From positions 1-45,168 of the forward strand of contig JAWSUS010000024.1 in the NCBI GenBank assembly GCA_033549025.1: 45,168 nt of DNA. Reading direction: 5' to 3'. Position 1 is the stretch's first letter. Every line of letters begins with the position of its first letter. The position numbers were made by a program, and so were the translations under genes. The notes beneath the pieces are model-generated. The model was given only the letters and a program-made list of their open reading frames with translations, was not told the origin of the DNA and made no database searches. Source of the DNA: Desulfuromonadales bacterium. Its GTDB lineage: Bacteria; Desulfobacterota; Desulfuromonadia; Desulfuromonadales; SZUA-540. Shown here one piece after another: positions 42,501-45,168 of the stretch.

Positions 42501-42638
42501 CCGTATCCGGGCAAAGAAGGCCGTTACACCCTGCGCGCCTACAACCGCGGGTCTTTCTCCGAATTGCACGGAGGCATCGAATTGAAGGGAACAGCTTCGG
42601 CGGCCCCTGTCATCAGGGCCGATCTTTCCGCCCCCTAG
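39516..42638 (+). CDS. Secreted LVIVD-repeat beta-propeller protein (1040 aa)
   Basis: Signal peptide MAKTSKLIFATLAVCVLLMAPLVLA; about 21 repeats of roughly 42 aa, such as AYVADLKGFLHIIDITDPANP. The ORF-track start at 39210 overlaps the kinase gene. Confidence 0.88.
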   Translation: MAKTSKLIFATLAVCVLLMAPLVLAIQTLDKKEPASVQIEEAILADRPEGAESLQVTVKGRGFDRDTRFSFYPDYSNRGANIGSASTWGAANALAIRGDTAFVAVGKQGLQSFDISDPSKLRPLGAVPLGGEDPSAWDLSLVGDIAYVSAGKGGIQLFDIKNPTRIIPLHVVNLPAPTFGIATTPNLAIVASGKAGLHFLDIRDSRSPRLVAQLDLPGHAYDVVINGHIAYVADLKGFLHIIDITDPANPILLHSFETPGKCFDLDYADGKIFIAGSRSGLHIFDVSDPSDPQWLSSTDTEGTALGVSIFGHQAFVCAGINGLKIYNVTNAGRPVLKGTWDTPGNARQMHLTGRSAFVADAHEGIQVLNIDKITTPSIDVYPTQKAGVSERAGQRGHLIFSSRENILEVLAPDSHAPFEIIGTLPYEGETIDTVRDLMYQNSRLYVADPSYGIHIYDITNPSVLKKIGGLLTAGETQALALTGHTLCVADGAAGLLLVDVTTPQTPAPIGPPLILGRATAVAARPGLAAVGLDEAGLRLIDISNPLLPKVIAAVNIPGNIRDLILTEKYLYVTAESGGFHIIDIVHPHRPQHLATLKTPGAAMKMDLFENTIFLAGGPAGLHIIDVNEPTNPRLLHSIPTEFKPQALAVSVVWPTIYVAGENFENNDHLLALKLNSRFEEISRQMIPAISYVSTSLASNETNLFLGDAVLGIQAFGINEKNQEELLFSPSAAMLFKKIVVKNDLAYLLYQRGGIMVVDISNPDHLRVRGKIPLWLEIPVDLAVDGQWIYLVGRKKGLLILEASDLEKARIIGTLPTPGQASGVAIRNNHAFIADSSEGLQIVDVSDRSNPRIVASVKLPWPRREFAFAMGVALEGSFAYVANGPEGMMVVDISRLEKPRIVSTFNTQGFSSWVTVKDRRAYLADTKAGIHALDVSDPHNPVSTGTIGLPGNARNGVIWQNEGFFASVETGLVRAQLPASPLKTQIINQNTAKLTLPYPGKEGRYTLRAYNRGSFSELHGGIELKGTASAAPVIRADLSAP

Positions 42639-45133
42639 AAAAGGTACTCGATCCCCGCCCAGATCTGGCGTCCCAGCTCGTATTCATCCCCGGCATCCGC
42701 CACGTAGGCCTTTTTATCGAAAACGTTGTAGGCCTCCAGATTGAACACCAGGGTCTGCTGCTCGGATACGGCCGTCTGCCAACTTATTTTCCAGTCGAAA
42801 ATCGTGGAACTCGGGCGGTTGACGTCTTCGTAGACCGCCACCACCTCGGGCAGCACCGTTTCCGGTAGAGTCAGCTTCTGCCGTCCCACATAACCGCTGC
42901 GATACTTGGTGACGTTGGTGAAGGTAAAGCCAGCAGGTAGCGTTTTCACCAGGGTCAGGTTTCCCACCCATTCACGATTGAAGTCTGCCCTGGGCAGTTC
43001 CCAGACAAACAGAACATCGCCGTTGTACAAAACCTTCTCATAGGCGTCATCCGCTTCAAAACGGTCCGCATAGCTCTCGTTGCTCGACACGCTGTCCTGC
43101 CAGGTTACATTGAAATTCAGATAATCCTTGCCCCACCAGCGTTCCCAGGCCAGACTCGCTTCCTGGTGAAAGCTGCGCCCATGATTGTTCCACTCGGAAT
43201 AGACGTTGTTGTTTTCATCTTTGGAATTGTTTGTTATTGCCAGCAAGTCCCGCCCTTTGCGTTCCAAATATTCGAGGAGCAGCCTGCCGCCGAAAAGAGC
43301 CTGATCGATTCCGGCCGTCCACTCGTCAACATAGGGGGTAGCCAGATGGGAAACCCGAGTGGCAGGAATAACCGAAGGCTCTTTAAATACCCATTCCTGG
43401 GGGTGAAAATCGGCGTCCAGCGTTGTGCTTCGGGTCCAGGCGGTGCTGGGTCTCTTGGCAGCCGCCAGTTTGTGGGTCAGAAAGGTCTGCCCGTAGTAAC
43501 GGTTAAGGCCGCCGAAAAGAATCGTCTGCCCCTTCCCGAAAAGATCCACCTTCAACCGCAGTCGATGGCCCAGATCCCAGTTTTCCAGATAGTCATTGTG
43601 GGAAAGGTGCGCGCCCGGGCGAAAAGCCAGACGGCCAAGGACCATTTCATCCTCAGCATAAAAGAAATACTGGTTGAGGCTGGCCTTGGCACGATCCTGT
43701 TCGTAAATGTTTTTACTGATCATAAACTGTTCGCCGCTGACACAATCGATCTGGCCATCCAGGCAAATGACCTGATCGTCGATACGGGCAAAGGTGTATC
43801 GGGTGGTCGTGTCCGGGCGCTCATACTCGCCCGAACTATGGGTAATCCCCAACCCGAGGGCACCATGATGTTCCATCCCCAAAAGACGAACCGGTTCGAA
43901 AGTCAGATGGGTGTTACTTTCCCAGGTGTCCAGAACCGTTTCGATATCCCCGTTGCCGCCTTCCTTGCTGAATTTGGATTCAACCAGGCTTCCCCAATTT
44001 TTGGTCGGCTCCGTAACGTACCAGTTAAACCAGTTCAGCGGTGCACGGCGGCTGTTTCGACTGGACCGATAGCCGGCGTTGATCTCCAGTCCGCCAAAAG
44101 CAAAGATCCTCTCCAGTGTGCCTGAAAACCCCGTGCCGCCACCCTTTATCGTATAGTTGCTGTCCCGGGTGTCTTTCAAAAAATATTCAGCTTCATAGGG
44201 GGCGTGAGTCGCCGAAAGAGACAATGTGGTTTCGGGGGATAACTCCAGAGCGTATTTGAGAAAGAAATTTTCGTTTTTGCGGTATTGCTTTTCAGATTCC
44301 GTCAGGTGGGTCAGGTTGATTGATGCGTGAGTCTGCTGGTAGGCAACCAGGAGCCCCATGCGGCTGCTAATCGGCAGGTCCAGGGAGAAGCCCCCTTCGT
44401 GCTTGGCAAAACGCGGCTGCATATCTTCGGAGGTGGATTGCGTGAAATCTTCTGCATCGGCAGGATCCAGGTGAAACTCGGTCCAGGCCGACCGGGTGGT
44501 GCGATAATAGAGATCGCCGCCAAACGCTTTGGCCGGGTTGCGGGTGTCGGCTTCCACCACGCCGCCGGTAAAACCGCCGTAGCGAGCCGACACATTGCTG
44601 CGATGCACGGTGACGGACTCCAGCAGACGAGGAGAAAGGAAAAGCTCCTGTGGATGCCCGGGAACATTCGTAATATTGTTTGGCAATGAAAATTCAGGGT
44701 CCAACAGGCTGTTGTTGCCGAGCCCGTCTAGTTGAAAGTTGTTGTCGTAAGGTCGCCCGCCGGAGATGGAGATTTTTGGCGGAGCGATTTCACCGCCAGT
44801 AAGCGATGAGTTGGCTTCTTCGCTGTACTGGATTCCGGGAAGGATGCGTAACTGCTCCGTCAGGGTACCATCACCAGAGGGGAGGTTCTCCAGAAGGTCA
44901 CTATCCAGAGTCGTCGTGCCCGCCTCGACGGGAGCCACGGCCACGCCGATCACGGTCACCCGCGATAGTTCGGGTATGGCGTCATCGGCAACCGGCTGAT
45001 TTGTGGACGACTCGGTTTGACCAGAATCGGCATCAGCGGCCTGTGCCCACAGGCTGGAAGTCCCCAGGACCAGAGTTAAAACCAGGCCGATACCTAAGGA
45101 AATGACTCCCTTCAGAAGGCTATTCTTCTCCAC
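42635..45133 (-). CDS. TonB-dependent outer-membrane receptor, YddB/FusA-like
   Basis: Signal peptide, TonB-box-like RVTVIG, plug motifs LRILPGIQ, GEIAPPKISISGGRPYDNNFQLDG and SARYGGFTGGVV, and C-terminal NVFDK...GRQIWAGIEYLF. Confidence 0.9.
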   Translation of the reverse strand: MEKNSLLKGVISLGIGLVLTLVLGTSSLWAQAADADSGQTESSTNQPVADDAIPELSRVTVIGVAVAPVEAGTTTLDSDLLENLPSGDGTLTEQLRILPGIQYSEEANSSLTGGEIAPPKISISGGRPYDNNFQLDGLGNNSLLDPEFSLPNNITNVPGHPQELFLSPRLLESVTVHRSNVSARYGGFTGGVVEADTRNPAKAFGGDLYYRTTRSAWTEFHLDPADAEDFTQSTSEDMQPRFAKHEGGFSLDLPISSRMGLLVAYQQTHASINLTHLTESEKQYRKNENFFLKYALELSPETTLSLSATHAPYEAEYFLKDTRDSNYTIKGGGTGFSGTLERIFAFGGLEINAGYRSSRNSRRAPLNWFNWYVTEPTKNWGSLVESKFSKEGGNGDIETVLDTWESNTHLTFEPVRLLGMEHHGALGLGITHSSGEYERPDTTTRYTFARIDDQVICLDGQIDCVSGEQFMISKNIYEQDRAKASLNQYFFYAEDEMVLGRLAFRPGAHLSHNDYLENWDLGHRLRLKVDLFGKGQTILFGGLNRYYGQTFLTHKLAAAKRPSTAWTRSTTLDADFHPQEWVFKEPSVIPATRVSHLATPYVDEWTAGIDQALFGGRLLLEYLERKGRDLLAITNNSKDENNNVYSEWNNHGRSFHQEASLAWERWWGKDYLNFNVTWQDSVSSNESYADRFEADDAYEKVLYNGDVLFVWELPRADFNREWVGNLTLVKTLPAGFTFTNVTKYRSGYVGRQKLTLPETVLPEVVAVYEDVNRPSSTIFDWKISWQTAVSEQQTLVFNLEAYNVFDKKAYVADAGDEYELGRQIWAGIEYLF

Positions 45134-45145
45134 GTGCGATCTCCC

Positions 45146-45160
45146 TGAGAATAAAAATCA
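45146..45160. promoter_or_regulatory. Fur-box-like site upstream of the TonB-dependent receptor
   Basis: TGAGAAT-A-AAAATCA matches the 7-1-7 Fur consensus TGATAAT-N-ATTATCA at 11 of 14 positions and abuts the SD. Confidence 0.5.
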
Positions 45161-45168
45161 AGATTTGC

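Noticed and set aside
42805..42813. 9-nt match (TGGAACTCG) to the putative TnpB guide inside the TonB receptor gene
   Set aside because: It is short enough to occur by chance and is not preceded by TTAC.

Overview
This is a GC-rich chromosomal segment whose gene content and order suggest a Desulfuromonadales/Geobacterales-type deltaproteobacterium (inference). Bases 1-26.2 kb are minus-strand housekeeping genes: ndk-rlmN-mtnP-pfkB-TPR lipoprotein-PNP; receiver-USP; uppS-cdsA-dxr-rseP-tsaB-DUF465; ilvD-ilvB-ilvN-ilvC-psd; a Leu T-box riboswitch ahead of leuA-leuC-leuD; and a separately promoted leuB-asd-usg-truA. A 1414-bp tnpB-only IS200/IS605 element with IS608-type ends (26326-27739) sits at the last codon of tamB. 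It swaps the native TAA stop for a TGA supplied by its own right end, and its TnpB has a rearranged RuvC site and a structured 3' omega-RNA region. The right part encodes envelope and signalling functions: tamA-tamB, an L,D-transpeptidase convergent with a Lys-terminated alanine-zipper lipoprotein, a YbjT-like SDR, a hybrid histidine kinase, a secreted protein of about 21 LVIVD repeats inside a split IPT/TIG-like domain, and a YddB/FusA-like TonB-dependent receptor with a Fur-box-like site. Two genes (usg-like asd paralogue, cdsA) appear to start at non-canonical ATC/ATT codons. All calls come from reading motifs by eye; no database searches were run.
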